A DNA stretch of 64,000 bases from Seison nebaliae (taxonomy: Eukaryota), in NCBI GenBank assembly GCA_023231475.1, contig JALJEE010001441.1:1-64000 (forward strand). The letters are read 5' to 3'. Below the pieces are notes generated by a model. That model was not told the DNA's origin and did not search any database. It saw only the letters and a list, made by a program, of their open reading frames with translations. The translations under genes and the position numbers were made by a program. Shown here piece after piece: positions 10,709-23,800 of the stretch; within the stretch, counting starts at the first letter, position 1; each line of letters starts with the position of its first letter.

Positions 10709-12856
10709 ATGTATCAGTCAGGAAAGCGATTAAAAACGTTGAAACAATCAAATCGTAAATTGGATTATCGTCGACGAATGTTCCAACGAATGTTTCAGGC
10801 TGAATCTCAGAAATTTAATTATGCCGATTGGATGAATAATTTTCAAAATCAGAAAATTCCTTTGAAAAATTCCCAAGATCAAAAATTCGAAAATTTTCCA
10901 CATCACCAAAAAATTCCATTGGAAAATATTCAACATCGAAAAAATTTATTGGAAAATTTTCCACATCAAAAAAGTCAAATGAAACCAATTCCATTGAATC
11001 ATTTCCAGAATCGGAAGAATGATATGGAGAAAGTTCAATTGAACCATTTTCAACATCAAGTAAATCATCTGGAAGAAGTTCCATTGAAGAATTTTCGTCG
11101 ATTAAAAAAATTCCATCGATCTGATAATGAACCATCGAATTTGCAGAGACATCTTCCAATCAGCACTTCAACCGACACCTTTACTGAATTGACGAAACGT
11201 GTTCGAGAAAAATTGCAAACAATTAAGAGGTTTTACTGGTTTTCAACCACCACAATCACTACTGGTGCCATCAGTCCATTCTCCTCTTATCCATCGACAT
11301 CAACCACGTCGTTATTGACGAGATCAATTGAAACAACTAGTGTAGTGTCACCATCCGGGATCTTAGTAGATGAATCGAAAATTATTAAATTTAATGAGAC
11401 GAATAATTTTTCTTATAATCAATCAGCCACGACTAATGAGACGATTGGAGATTTGAGAATTTTAACAGAAAAAGATGATAATAAATCTTTATATTCGGAA
11501 ATCAATTCGATGAGTATGTCCCAATATTATACGTTTATCACGTGGTTCATCATCGCTTGTTTATTGGCGATGGTGAATATCGTGTTGTTTATTCTACTTC
11601 TCTTACGTCATTCGAAAAATGGGAGATTTGTAAATGAGACAATCAAATTACGTTGTCGTCATTTGACATCGAAACAATCGTTACTTTGTAAGACTTGCAA
11701 GAATAATCGGTCGTCAATCGATGAGATATCTGTAAAAAATTTAACGGAAAATAAAAGGAATTATTATGGTTACGAATCGAATAGTTCAATGTTCGAATCG
11801 GATTTCAATGAGAGAACTCCGAAAAAATTAAAAGCGAAATATGAAATCGATAAATCATTTGAACCGATTATTAATTCGAAACGATTAACGAAAGATAAAG
11901 AATGTTCGACGAGAACATTTAAAATGAAAACGGATCAATTATCGATAAAGAAGAATTATTCGATTGATAATCGTTTGACAACGAAATTATGTAATCCTGT
12001 GAATATGTTGAAAGGGACACAATCAAATAAATCGGTATTGAATTGTACGACGAGAATTAATTTAACAAATGATGGAAGACGACAACCGTTCGATAATGAA
12101 CCGAATTATGTAAATCGACAAAATACTCAATTGACATATCTGAATGATGATAAGCAGGAAGATGATAAGAAGAATTCAACAACGGAAATATCGAAGGAAG
12201 AGAATGTTATTGGAGATGATGATAAATTACCTTCAAATCCTTCGAATTATCCGAGAACATGTCGAGTTCTTGAGCGGAATAGTTTTATTGAAAATTTGGA
12301 AATTGTTTTAAAAGAGAATCAAATGAGAAATGAAAAGAAGAAAGAATGGAATAACAAAGCAGAAATATCGAATGAGAATGAAGATGATATGGAAATTTAC
12401 ACGTTCAACCATCGAAAGAAACCAGCTGATGAAAATAATAATGATGATGATGCTGATGGAAATAATGATGACGATGCGTTTGATGGTGAGGATGATGGAA
12501 TGGCAAAGGAAAAGAGGAAAAGAGATGTGACAACATGCCATCCATTTGTGGAGTCAACAACAACAACGAGTAAGATGTTACCATTACGAACAATGCATTG
12601 GGCGGATGATATCTTATCAACATCAGCACGTACATCATTCATATCGGATGATGGTGATGAGAACCAGAATGGTATCAATTCCCACAACACACTAAATAGA
12701 CATTCGTATGAGAAGTATCGAGCAAATCATCCAAAATCTTTCATTTTCGATGTGACACAAGATGGCCGATCAGAATCATTCAATATTGATCAGACGACAA
12801 ATAATAATAATCATCGCGCAAATGATCAATTATTTACTTATCGACGATATAAATAA
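10709..12856 (+). CDS. Uncharacterised single-pass membrane protein with N-terminal imperfect repeats and a Ser/Thr-rich stalk
   Basis: 715 aa ORF with one strong TM segment (FITWFIIACLLAMVNIVLFILLLL) and repeats of (I/V)PLxNFQHxK. No signal peptide, so the 5' end may be incomplete. Confidence 0.7.
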   Translation: MYQSGKRLKTLKQSNRKLDYRRRMFQRMFQAESQKFNYADWMNNFQNQKIPLKNSQDQKFENFPHHQKIPLENIQHRKNLLENFPHQKSQMKPIPLNHFQNRKNDMEKVQLNHFQHQVNHLEEVPLKNFRRLKKFHRSDNEPSNLQRHLPISTSTDTFTELTKRVREKLQTIKRFYWFSTTTITTGAISPFSSYPSTSTTSLLTRSIETTSVVSPSGILVDESKIIKFNETNNFSYNQSATTNETIGDLRILTEKDDNKSLYSEINSMSMSQYYTFITWFIIACLLAMVNIVLFILLLLRHSKNGRFVNETIKLRCRHLTSKQSLLCKTCKNNRSSIDEISVKNLTENKRNYYGYESNSSMFESDFNERTPKKLKAKYEIDKSFEPIINSKRLTKDKECSTRTFKMKTDQLSIKKNYSIDNRLTTKLCNPVNMLKGTQSNKSVLNCTTRINLTNDGRRQPFDNEPNYVNRQNTQLTYLNDDKQEDDKKNSTTEISKEENVIGDDDKLPSNPSNYPRTCRVLERNSFIENLEIVLKENQMRNEKKKEWNNKAEISNENEDDMEIYTFNHRKKPADENNNDDDADGNNDDDAFDGEDDGMAKEKRKRDVTTCHPFVESTTTTSKMLPLRTMHWADDILSTSARTSFISDDGDENQNGINSHNTLNRHSYEKYRANHPKSFIFDVTQDGRSESFNIDQTTNNNNHRANDQLFTYRRYK

Positions 12857-15619
12857 TAATTTCACCCTTCTATTTATTGAAATAAATGAATCTCATTTAG
12901 TACTTCTATAAAAAGGAAAATTACGTGTTAGAAAGAGAAATAAAATTTTCAAATAACATGAAAATATTAGGAAGCCTCGTGACATTTATATTCTCTCGTT
13001 TCAAATTATTCCAGTTCATTACAATTTGGATGGTCATTTTCCATTTACCTGTTCTCTGAATGAGTTTTTTTTTCGTTTTCTCTCAGAAAATTCATTTTCT
13101 TTTTTAGAAAATTCCAGTTCATTTAATTATTGAGGGAAACGAATAATTCCTAATTAAATCGATAATGACCAACGGCTAATTATTTTTCTTTCAATTTCCT
13201 GAAATTCATTCCAGCATCGATTGTGAGAGAACATGATAATATTTGTAATTGGAGTTGATTATATTTGAAAATAAGAAATTTACCATTCTATTCTTAGTAA
13301 CTCAATCTCGACAATATTACCTAGGCATTTTGAGGAGGAAGGAGTTGGACTTACTCGCTTATGATGAATATCATTTACTACTTCCCAAAGAAAACCATTA
13401 CTACGCCATCTGTCTACTCCCACTACTATCAAGTATAAAAAAGGAATTTGTGAGGAATAAAGTCTCTGGAGAAAAAAATCAATATGTTCCATCTATGTCT
13501 ATTATCGATAATCATCATTTCCGTTCCTTCCATCCCATTACATACATTATATATATATATGATTTGAGTAGAGAACTAGAATTTATTAGAATAGTATGTG
13601 AAAAGAAATGATACTAATGCGAAATAAATCTGGTTAACATAACTAACATTCCTCACAATTCATTTTTGTTTGTGAAAGATATTTTATTAGGAAAATGTTA
13701 TTTTATGATGATGATTATCATGAAAGATTAATGATTACAGTAATAACAGTTTGACATATGATTCACATTTCTATGGAGTTCAGTTGTACGATAATTATTA
13801 ATCGGAGACGAGAAGTCGAATGTCGTGACTTGAAAAAAACAACAAAACGAGAATTATGCTTCCGTTTCTCACATGAATGTTGATCAATCGATCATCATCC
13901 ACTAACCAACACCTAATCTTTCCAATGTTCCGCTATTGCGATATGGTAGGGAATATTTGCCGGAAGATTTCCTACTAGTTCCGGTGAGAAATCTTAGTCG
14001 AACAACATATGGTATTCTCTCATTCTCGTTAATTCCACGTTTTGTGAGAATTTTATTCTTATTTATTTAAAAGTTCTCATACATCCAATATTATGAGATG
14101 TCTATTAATCAATAAACTCTCATATTGTTTTAGTGTTGAAAGAGAAAGTGTTGAAATAAGTACTTATAATAGATGTTCTACGATTTCCATTTCGGACGAT
14201 AGTACTTGTTCATCAAGAATAAATAAAGAAAATGACGAAAATTGATTATATCACTAGAAAAAAAAACAATTGGAGAGTCGATGTCTAGCCAATCGATTGA
14301 GAAGCAGTTGTCATGGTAACGAGTAGCATACGGTAGAGCATTCTAGTTAATTCCTTTTTCATTGTGACGAGGAGAGAATATTCATTTCTAATTTTTTCTC
14401 CTGATAATTCGTTTTCTTCATTTTTTATTACACATCTTTACATGTTTTCTTTCTACAAATTTCTTTCTACTACACCTCATTCCAGAAATTTACAGTTTTT
14501 TTGGGAAAAAGAGAGCCTTCTCCCACAATTTCTTGTCAATCAACAATATGATGTAATGATTTTAAGTCAATTGTATGATGTATGTTTTAGTGTGATGGGA
14601 AATGGAAACAGCTGTTATGTTGACAAGTTGAATGGTTTTCTGACAACATCATCATAGTAGTTTCCCGTTCGAATGGAATAAAGTGGAAATTTAATTTTTT
14701 TGAAAGCAGCTGACAATTAATTTCATATTTTATTAATCGATACTTTTATTGAGGAATCCTTGAATAACTTTTACTTCGGAAGAATAGTATTATTTACTCC
14801 TAACATATTTTCAGTTTGTCGATAATAAAAATTTGTAGAATAATGAAAAGTTCGATTCTTTCCCCCACTAATATGTATGGGTAGTGAACGATTGATTATA
14901 TCGATAACGAAAAAATGATGATGACGATAACGATCACAGATGACATTCGTTCATTCCAATTCAACTCATTCAAGTTCACCATTCGGTCTCGTCTCGCTGA
15001 TGGGGGGAGAACGTATTAGAACGACTGTCGCTCACGTTCCTTCCTATTCTTCTTCCTCATTCGAAAAATGGCTTCAACTTTGCTTCATACGTCTCATGAA
15101 ACAAACTATTTTATTTTGTTGATCAAACTTTCTTTTCTTCCTCCCAATTCCATTATTCCTCATTCGTCGTCATTATCATCAACGACGAATTCCAATCAAT
15201 CGAAAGTACGAGGAAATTTCATCCGATATTCATTCCAATTAGTTAAACTTTCAACAAATTGAAATTGATTATTCCTCTCTCTCAAACTTATTACCTCATG
15301 CCAATTCTTCAGTGAGAGAATTCTCTTTTTCCTCATTAATTTTCTTCATTTAGTCTCTAACCATCATCAGAGTATTCCCATCATCAGAGTGTAATAAAAA
15401 GTGTTAAGTTCATAATTTACATATCTTATCAATATCAAAGTGATAACGACAATTTATTCAAATTTCTACCTACTTTCCATCAAATCAACTCAAATAGTCT
15501 CGATCTAATTTTCTCTTCCATCTCATCGTCGTCATTTTGTTCCATTTTCATATGAATCCTCTTTATTAATATTTTTCGAATATTCTCATTTAAAAGCGAT
15601 TTTGTGTTTTTCAGAGAAA

Positions 15620-17830
15620 ATGAATGATACAGTTTATCATTTCTTCTTTCCAATACACGAAATTGATATTAATGAAACGAGAATGGTGATGGAGAAATTA
15701 CCGCTGGAAAACAAGTCGGTTACAATTCCATCCATCGAAGATATGTTAATGGAATCGTTGGTCAACATTCATCTGATAACGATTATTATGCCGATAATCT
15801 ACATAATATTAATGGCGTTCGGTTTAATAATTTCTTGTTTCGTTATCGTTACCATGGCAATAGCGCCATTAAATAGTACGGCATCGATTCGTAGATGGTC
15901 GACACATATACTGATTGGCAATTTAAATTTGACATGTCTCCTCTACGTATTGGTGATTGGAATAACGAATTGTATCGAATATGCCAAATGGCCTTCTTAT
16001 GCTTTCGCTTTCATGAAGAATTGGTGTTCCTGGTTCTCGTATGTGACGAATGTGGTAGAGGCGACTCACCAATGGTCAATCGTTCTTCTCATTCTCATTC
16101 ATTCGTTACATTCGAAAGGAATCTTAAATTATTCAATAACTAATTCAAATGTTAGATGGTGGCGACGATGTCGTATCGTTTTAACGGTTGTTGTTTTATG
16201 GCTGGTGATTTTATATGCATCAATTCCCATCATAATTTTCGAATATGATCCTGTTCGATTCGATTATGATCAATCTCAATACGTGTGCTCAATACACAGC
16301 GAACATTTAACGATAATGAAACATGTATCTTTAAATGTAGCGCGTCGTTATGTTCTGTTTGTTCGACTGAGTCTCATCTTTCTACTTCCATGGTTCCTGA
16401 ATTTTGTTGTGGTGTCAATCAATTATCTTTTCGGTTTCTGCTATCGAGTTCAAATGAGTTCCCATCAGAATTTGGAAGGAAACTTTCTAATGAATCATCG
16501 AGCAAGTAAATATTTGACAATGAAATTTATGAATTGGTCGAATGTTCTTTACAATAACAATAATGAGAATTCGACGAATAATGTTGATATTGATGGAAAT
16601 TACAAGATTACGAATGATGTTGAGGGAAGAGGAGATAATCGTAAGAGACGATTAAGAGAGAAGAAGAGAAGGAAATTGAAGGAGGAGAATTCGGGAGAAT
16701 CGAACGATTATGTCTATAAACGATACGTTTCTCCAATTATTCACAAATATATTTCGTACGTCTTCTTCCTAAATCTCATTTTACTTGTGCCTTCATGGAT
16801 TTATTGGTTCTTAGTTCATTTCCGTTCGACATCAGATCACGAACTAAATCTCCGTCATCATTCGGTGGCATTATCGTTGAATATAATCGCTCGATTTCTC
16901 CAATATCTCTATTATATCTCAATTCCACTTATCTTCTATGCGACATGTCAAGATGCGAAGAAAATATTTTATCTTTGTTGCTATGGAGAAGATAACGAGA
17001 AGGCGAAACGAACGTTGACTGATAAGGCGAAAATTGATATGGAAAACGGACGACGATTAACGAAATTAGTTCGTGGTAATAGTGAAAGTGAATTGATAGA
17101 TTTCTCTCTTTCCGGTTCCACTTCTTCAAATGATGAAATCGATTCGACTCAGAGAAGGGATATGATAACAACAACAACAATAACATCATCATCAACACCA
17201 CCATCGTCATCTTCGAAGTCTTCCTCATCATCGTCAACCTCCTCCACATCCAATCGACATCGAACATTATCAAATGAGAAATGTCAAACGAATAATCATC
17301 AAATATTCTCGAATGATCGTCCCAAGTTGATGAGAACATTCTTCTCACAGAATCCTATAAATTTAGTTCCATATCATTCGATGTCAATGAATAACATGAG
17401 TACTACTGGTGGTGGTACGTGGACTGGAGACGATATGACCAGAATAACTTATCGACCGATAGTCGGACAATCACTTCTCCAACTTGAACAGATGGCACCA
17501 CTTCGTGAATTGAAAGAAGAATCACAGTTTTCTAATGGTCGTTTAACTTATGTAAACAACTATGATTATTGTTATCATCATCATAATAATAATAATAATG
17601 ATAACAACTATCACCATCACCGTCATCATCACCATCATCCACAACAACAACAACAATTTCATTCACCTCGATGTGAGATGAAAAAGATGAATAACGAAAT
17701 GATAATGGAACCTCAGCGTTTATGGCAGGGAAATCGGAATGCATTCCATCATCATCAGTTCAATAATACTTCCGTTATTTCACCACTTCGTTGTCATTCC
17801 GCTGATATACTGGAACGAACACATTGTTAA
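15620..17830 (+). CDS. Orphan class-A (rhodopsin-like) GPCR with long low-complexity C-tail
   Basis: Seven hydrophobic segments, TM2-like THILIGNL, ECL1 W..C, TM4 W and ECL2 Cys (YVCS). The ORF-track start at 15602 is TTG. First ATG at 15620, preceded by an acceptor-like ttttcag. Confidence 0.8.
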   Translation: MNDTVYHFFFPIHEIDINETRMVMEKLPLENKSVTIPSIEDMLMESLVNIHLITIIMPIIYIILMAFGLIISCFVIVTMAIAPLNSTASIRRWSTHILIGNLNLTCLLYVLVIGITNCIEYAKWPSYAFAFMKNWCSWFSYVTNVVEATHQWSIVLLILIHSLHSKGILNYSITNSNVRWWRRCRIVLTVVVLWLVILYASIPIIIFEYDPVRFDYDQSQYVCSIHSEHLTIMKHVSLNVARRYVLFVRLSLIFLLPWFLNFVVVSINYLFGFCYRVQMSSHQNLEGNFLMNHRASKYLTMKFMNWSNVLYNNNNENSTNNVDIDGNYKITNDVEGRGDNRKRRLREKKRRKLKEENSGESNDYVYKRYVSPIIHKYISYVFFLNLILLVPSWIYWFLVHFRSTSDHELNLRHHSVALSLNIIARFLQYLYYISIPLIFYATCQDAKKIFYLCCYGEDNEKAKRTLTDKAKIDMENGRRLTKLVRGNSESELIDFSLSGSTSSNDEIDSTQRRDMITTTTITSSSTPPSSSSKSSSSSSTSSTSNRHRTLSNEKCQTNNHQIFSNDRPKLMRTFFSQNPINLVPYHSMSMNNMSTTGGGTWTGDDMTRITYRPIVGQSLLQLEQMAPLRELKEESQFSNGRLTYVNNYDYCYHHHNNNNNDNNYHHHRHHHHHPQQQQQFHSPRCEMKKMNNEMIMEPQRLWQGNRNAFHHHQFNNTSVISPLRCHSADILERTHC

Positions 17831-20800
17831 CAAAACTCGTAAAAGATCAAAAACAATAATTTCAAAAAAGAACAATCCATCCTCGACCATTTCTCTCAAT
17901 TCTCTCAACAAGTAGAACGTATTAATTTCTATTTCAAATGAATTTCTCTCGAAACTCTTGTCAATATTCTACTTTTTCCGTTATTATCATTAACGGCGAA
18001 TATATTATTGTTCTTTTGAAAAAAAATAAATAAAATTTAATTATTTTAATGTCATTAGTCATTTGATGGATATAATTCATGGATAATACCCATAAAAATC
18101 TCCATACAAAACCTTTTTTCACTTCTATCCCTCTGATAAAAAGATTCTCTCACATTCCCCTCCATTTCATTACCATAATTGTGTTATCTGTTGATAATAA
18201 TGAGAAATTATTAGAAAATTGCTCGATAGAACTAATGGAAGACAGATGGTCAATCGATTGATCGATATGATTTGAAAAGAAGTAGATTGACAGAAAAATT
18301 CATGGAAAATAGAGATAGATGACCATCGTCCATTCGCCGGACATGAGTACTTTGACGAGAATAAACAAATCGACGTGATGCATTTATTTGGATGGAGAAA
18401 GAAAAAGTAATAAAATTTGCATAAAGAAATATTTCATCTATTCTTATTCAATTAATATTCGTTTTAATAAGAAAGATTTCTTCATATTCTGAATGTTATT
18501 CGTGAAATAAAAAAATAGAGGGAACTCATTCGGTCTGGTAAGAATTGAGTAGAAGGTATTGAACGTGAAAGGACAAAATTCTCATAAACAAATTAAGATG
18601 TTATTATTAGGAATTATTATACTTTCGTCACGCATTTCCTTAAAAGAATCAAAAATCAGAGCGATTATTGCTAAAAAATTTCCGAGTCGCATGTACCAAG
18701 ATGGTTGTTGATGAAAGAAATTTCCTTTCTCATTAATCGAACGAAAATAATATTACGATGATGATGACTTCCTTCTCCTAAATCGAGTGTCTTCAAATTG
18801 ACATTTGATGTTTTCATTCGGTCCTTTCCTTTCCTTTTGTTTATTTATTCTTCACGTCTAACATTTATTAAAGACAAATTTGCCCTCATCATCATCATCA
18901 TCATCATCGTCATCACCATCACCATCACCATCATCGTCGGAATATTGAATAATGTTTTTGGGAAGAGTTTCTTTCCATTTTAAACGGAACTTGAATGAAA
19001 TGAAAATATTTTCAAACATTTTTCTTTAGCTTTTCTTCTTCGTTTCTCAGTTTTTTCCTTCAACATCATAATCTTTCTCTTTGAGATGAAGTTGTTTATA
19101 TTGATCTAATGTTAATTTGGAAGCGTCTCTATCGATTTGTTAGGGCGAAGTGTTGTTGAATTAAGTAGTTCAATTAGGAAGATATTAATCAAAAGATTAA
19201 ATGTTGAAGATGTTCATCTTCAACTTTGTAGGTTGGGAAGAAGTTATTAAAGTTTCTCATATATTAATTTCATATGAGACTAGTCATTTCACTAGTTCAA
19301 GTAATTTCTTTGGATAATTGTCGATGTAAGTCACTTGAGTACGAAAGTTGAAAGCGGAAATTAATCTTATCAGATCCAACTTGATATTCTATTTTACAAA
19401 CAACGAAATTAATAAAGAAAAATTTGAGAAGTTTCTAAATTGTAAAATTGTCGAAACTGGTGGAAGAAAGTACTTGAATTGAATGAATAGTCAATGTGAA
19501 GGGAGAGGTGAAGTTGAGGTTACACAAAAAACTATTATAGTTTTAACAAATGAGTTTTGGTTTCGATCTGGAGAAGAAGTATAAAATGGATGCGTTAAAA
19601 GTCTTCTTGGTCCATGTGGAAAGGAATGTTTATTTATGTTTAGATCTTCATCTTAAGTGCATCTTTGCTCCATTTCTTCCTTCTTCCAACTTACAATTAT
19701 TGTTAGATAGGAGTTGAGCTAAAGTGGAAACTTAAGTCATTGACGACGATTAAATTAAGAGATTTTTTTTTTCATTTAGATGTGCAATTTGTGGATGAGA
19801 ATCGAAGTAACCAATTTATTCTCTATTATCGCTTATGGATTGATGGATAAACTTTTCAAAAGTAAATCAACCACAACACTGAAGTAGAATAATTGAATGT
19901 TTTATTTGTATCTGGTTATTCCCTGACCATGCATAATTGCGGTTAGTCTACCAATTCCACTTCTCCTATCGACTATGAAATAATCCGAATTCCGTTTGTT
20001 TCCCATACTCGGTAATGGCAATGAATAATGATATTCGTCTGTCTATAAATCTTCATTAACTTCATAAAATTAGAAGAAGGAGAAATTGTGTTTCGGCGAA
20101 AGATAAAGAATTCAGATGATCGACGAACGAACAAAATATTTCTTCTTCTAATGAATAATTTAGTTATCTTCCAACGTTATATAGATATCAGAAATATTGT
20201 ATCGTACATATGTATTCTATCCATCAATTTCCATCAATCGATGGATGATATGGAAATTATATGGACTAAAAACCATGTTATATGCTTCTATGATTGGAGC
20301 AAAGAAATAATAAGTTCAAGATGTGCAAATCTTTGAATTCAATACTATCGCATGTGCACACAATAGACGAACGTGCAGAAAACATTCAAATTGCTGACAG
20401 ATGTCCGTCTAATATCAGATTAATCAATAAGTCTTGTATCTTCCATTCATTAGAAATAATTACGATCCTATTATTCAACATTACAACAAATCTACAACTG
20501 GTTTATATTTCTGACCATATCATTCATTCTCTACAACAGATAAATAATGAGAGATACAAAAACATCGATATGTCTGATGGTTTTAATAAGTAACATCTCT
20601 TTAATTTTTACATTTTACAAATCTTTAGTGTTGATAGCGGAACGAATTGATTGACTTCTCCCTAATACTTCGCTATCGACCAACTAAGAATAGTAAGACG
20701 ATGAACAGATTTCATCCACAAAAAATTTTGTACATTTATTACAACATTAAATAAGGAATGGTATTCTTTTTATGTTATAAAAAGAATTCGATTAAAAAAT

Positions 20801-23800
20801 CTAATCGATTTTTTGAGAAAAATCAATTGATTTATCAAAGTTCATTTTGTAGTTAAATTGATTCATTTATATTCTTTTCATAAAAGTAGGATGGTGTTCA
20901 TTCATTCATCGAATCACAACTCACATATTTTAAGTGACGGATTGAGCTTTCAATCTCCAATTCATTTCTCACAACGAATAATTGGTGATGTAATCGATCT
21001 TCTCATATCAGTTCTCTCCATCTAATAAACTGACAATTTTCTTATAAATAGAAATGGCATTTCTATTATAATGGAAGAAAATATAATGGGCGTGATCTAA
21101 TCAATAAGTATGGAAGTATTGCGATTGTGCAATAATTAGGAATAGTTCCCGTCATTATAACCATTAGCTTTCTTGGAAATTCCATTAAATATCCATGCCG
21201 ACTACGACCAAACCATGTTGTCGTCATGTGAGATGTGTGAAAACGGAAAACGTAAATGATAGAATCATTCAACGGTTTTACTACCGAAATATAGTGCTTC
21301 GAAATGTATTAGGTGAAAAGGAAATGTTTTAACATAAATATCGTTCGAAACTATAAAAAGTCATTGATAAGGTTTCCTGGAATCCTTGAAATTAAGAAGA
21401 GAATTCGTCCAAATATTCGTTCTTCTTGCTTCCAATTTGCCCTCAATTTCCGCACATTAAACTTCAACATCGAGAAGAATTATGAGAAATTAATTCTCTC
21501 CATATTTCCTCCCTCAAATCGAATGAAAGTAGTAGAAAATAATTGCCAATCTTTTCTTCTTCTCCTCAAAAGAAACGTCGAACAATCATTAAACAATAAT
21601 CCTGTATTATGGTACGTTCTTTTTATTCGTATCACTGGCGACTAAAATCATCGATGATCTGGGAAAGTATTGGACCGTATTGTGGAATAGAAATTTCAGA
21701 ATTACATCTGATAACGATAAGAAAGTTGTAAATGATGGATTGGTATCCGCAATACTTCTTCCCTATCTCCAGAATAGAGACACATCTCCTTACGACTACT
21801 ACTTACTCGAGTAGAATTAGTTGGTTGTACATTCTGGTTAGTTGTAGCATCAGTAGTTATTACATCACTTCAATCATCGTTCATCGCTTCATCATCGATG
21901 GGAATGTCCGTTATTTAACATTCTTCTGATCAATGTTCTCTAGCAGATTCTGTTCAGTGAGAGCATGTTAACACAATTACAATAAATCTCCGAGGAAGCG
22001 TGTCATTTCAGTTTTGAGAAATTAATTAGAAAACTTCTCCTGCCAGGTCTACACGAAGCACATCCGCTTCTCAACTCTTCCAAATTTCTTCGTTCCAAAT
22101 TGGGAATTATATTATTAGCGAACTCGACCAAAAATTAGAAGCAGAAAAACTATTAGCATTCTCTTTTAAATGAACATTCTCAATCTCAACTCAATTGATT
22201 TGGGAGAATTGATGGTTATGCTTAATTAACAATGTTTACGTCATTTTACTTCGGGCCATTCTAGAGAGAAGAATTTGCACGGAAATTATTATGTTCAGTG
22301 GTTTTTTTTCTGTTTATTCATCCTCTGTTTTGTTCGTTTTATTAATTTCTCTTCTTTTGTATAATCTTTCTTCTTCATAGTTTCTCCTATTCTTCTTGGT
22401 GTTGAAACTATATAATTTTCGTCTCAATCATTATCATCATCAACATCATCATCACCATTTTCGCGATTCTTTTGTTTATACATCATAATTTTTAGCATTC
22501 TTACTTCCCCTTTTGGTAGTAGACCATTCATTGTAATTCCTTTCTTGTTTGGCGTCAGAGTGTTGGAGATGCAGTGGTGATAATATCGTGTTCTTCACAT
22601 CTTTTTCCTCACTCGTATTATTTTCTTTTCCCAATTCAAAACTCTTCATATTTTTGTTTATACATTCTCCCCCAAAATATATAACGCTCTACCAATTGGG
22701 GAGATGAGAAACAAGTCTCTTCTTTATTATCAAATCATCATTTCATCGAATCACTAACGTTATAATTTCATTTTAAAGGAAAAGAACTTTCGACCGCTAA
22801 TAACCTTGACGTAAATGAGTATCATGTGACATACATGTAATGTTAATTAATCGTTTGCATTCATCAAATTTAATTGAGAAATTTCACTCTTAATGAGATG
22901 ATGAGCGTCAATTGATAATTGACGAATGATTCTTCACGTCCTTCGATCCTAACAGAAACTTTCTTTGACGAAACAATACCTCCATTTCTTTATTTTAACA
23001 CCTCGAATTATTATAGTTCTCGTTATCATCATCATCAGAAGAAGAAGAAAATTTCGATTAACCTTTTTATCGAATTCTCCTTCAAATAATTTTAATTCTA
23101 TTAACTACTCCACTAAATTCTAATATGTCTTCAAATTCATCCTATTAATAGGCTGATGATAATAATCATTAAACAGGAAATTTCCGTTATTTTAAAGGAA
23201 TTTCCTTCTTTTGTCATCTTACGGAAACATTTCACATAACTCAAATGTTCGTCCATTTATGTTCTCATGGAATTTCATCAGGAGGTCGACGAACATTTGT
23301 CTAAGAAAAACTTAAAGTTTATTCCAAGATAAATTTATCCAGAATAAGTTTTTAGGATAAACTACTCGTACATGTAGAAAGACTTTTCAAAAAAATTCAT
23401 TCTTTCAATTGTTAATCTTCTTTGTATTATTTCCAAATTGTTTCGACGATCATGCAAATTTCATTGACGATCTGATTAATGTCATCCCAAAGTATTTTTC
23501 GTAAGAGAATTATGTCTTGTCAAATTAAAATTGCTATTCTCAAATGATTAGTTCATTCATTTTTTCGCGGTAGATTAAATGCGCAATTCCTAATCATATT
23601 CAAATTTCGGCAATATCAATACTAGTCAATGGCTGTAATGCTATTGTTAGTGTCGTCACATTTATAATTATATTGATGAACGACACAAATAGGATTGAAT
23701 AGAAATCGGTCAGTAGAAACCATCTCTTACTTAATACGATTATAGAACCGATGAAGTCCCTACACACACACCGAATGTTACCGAACGATAACGATCGTAC

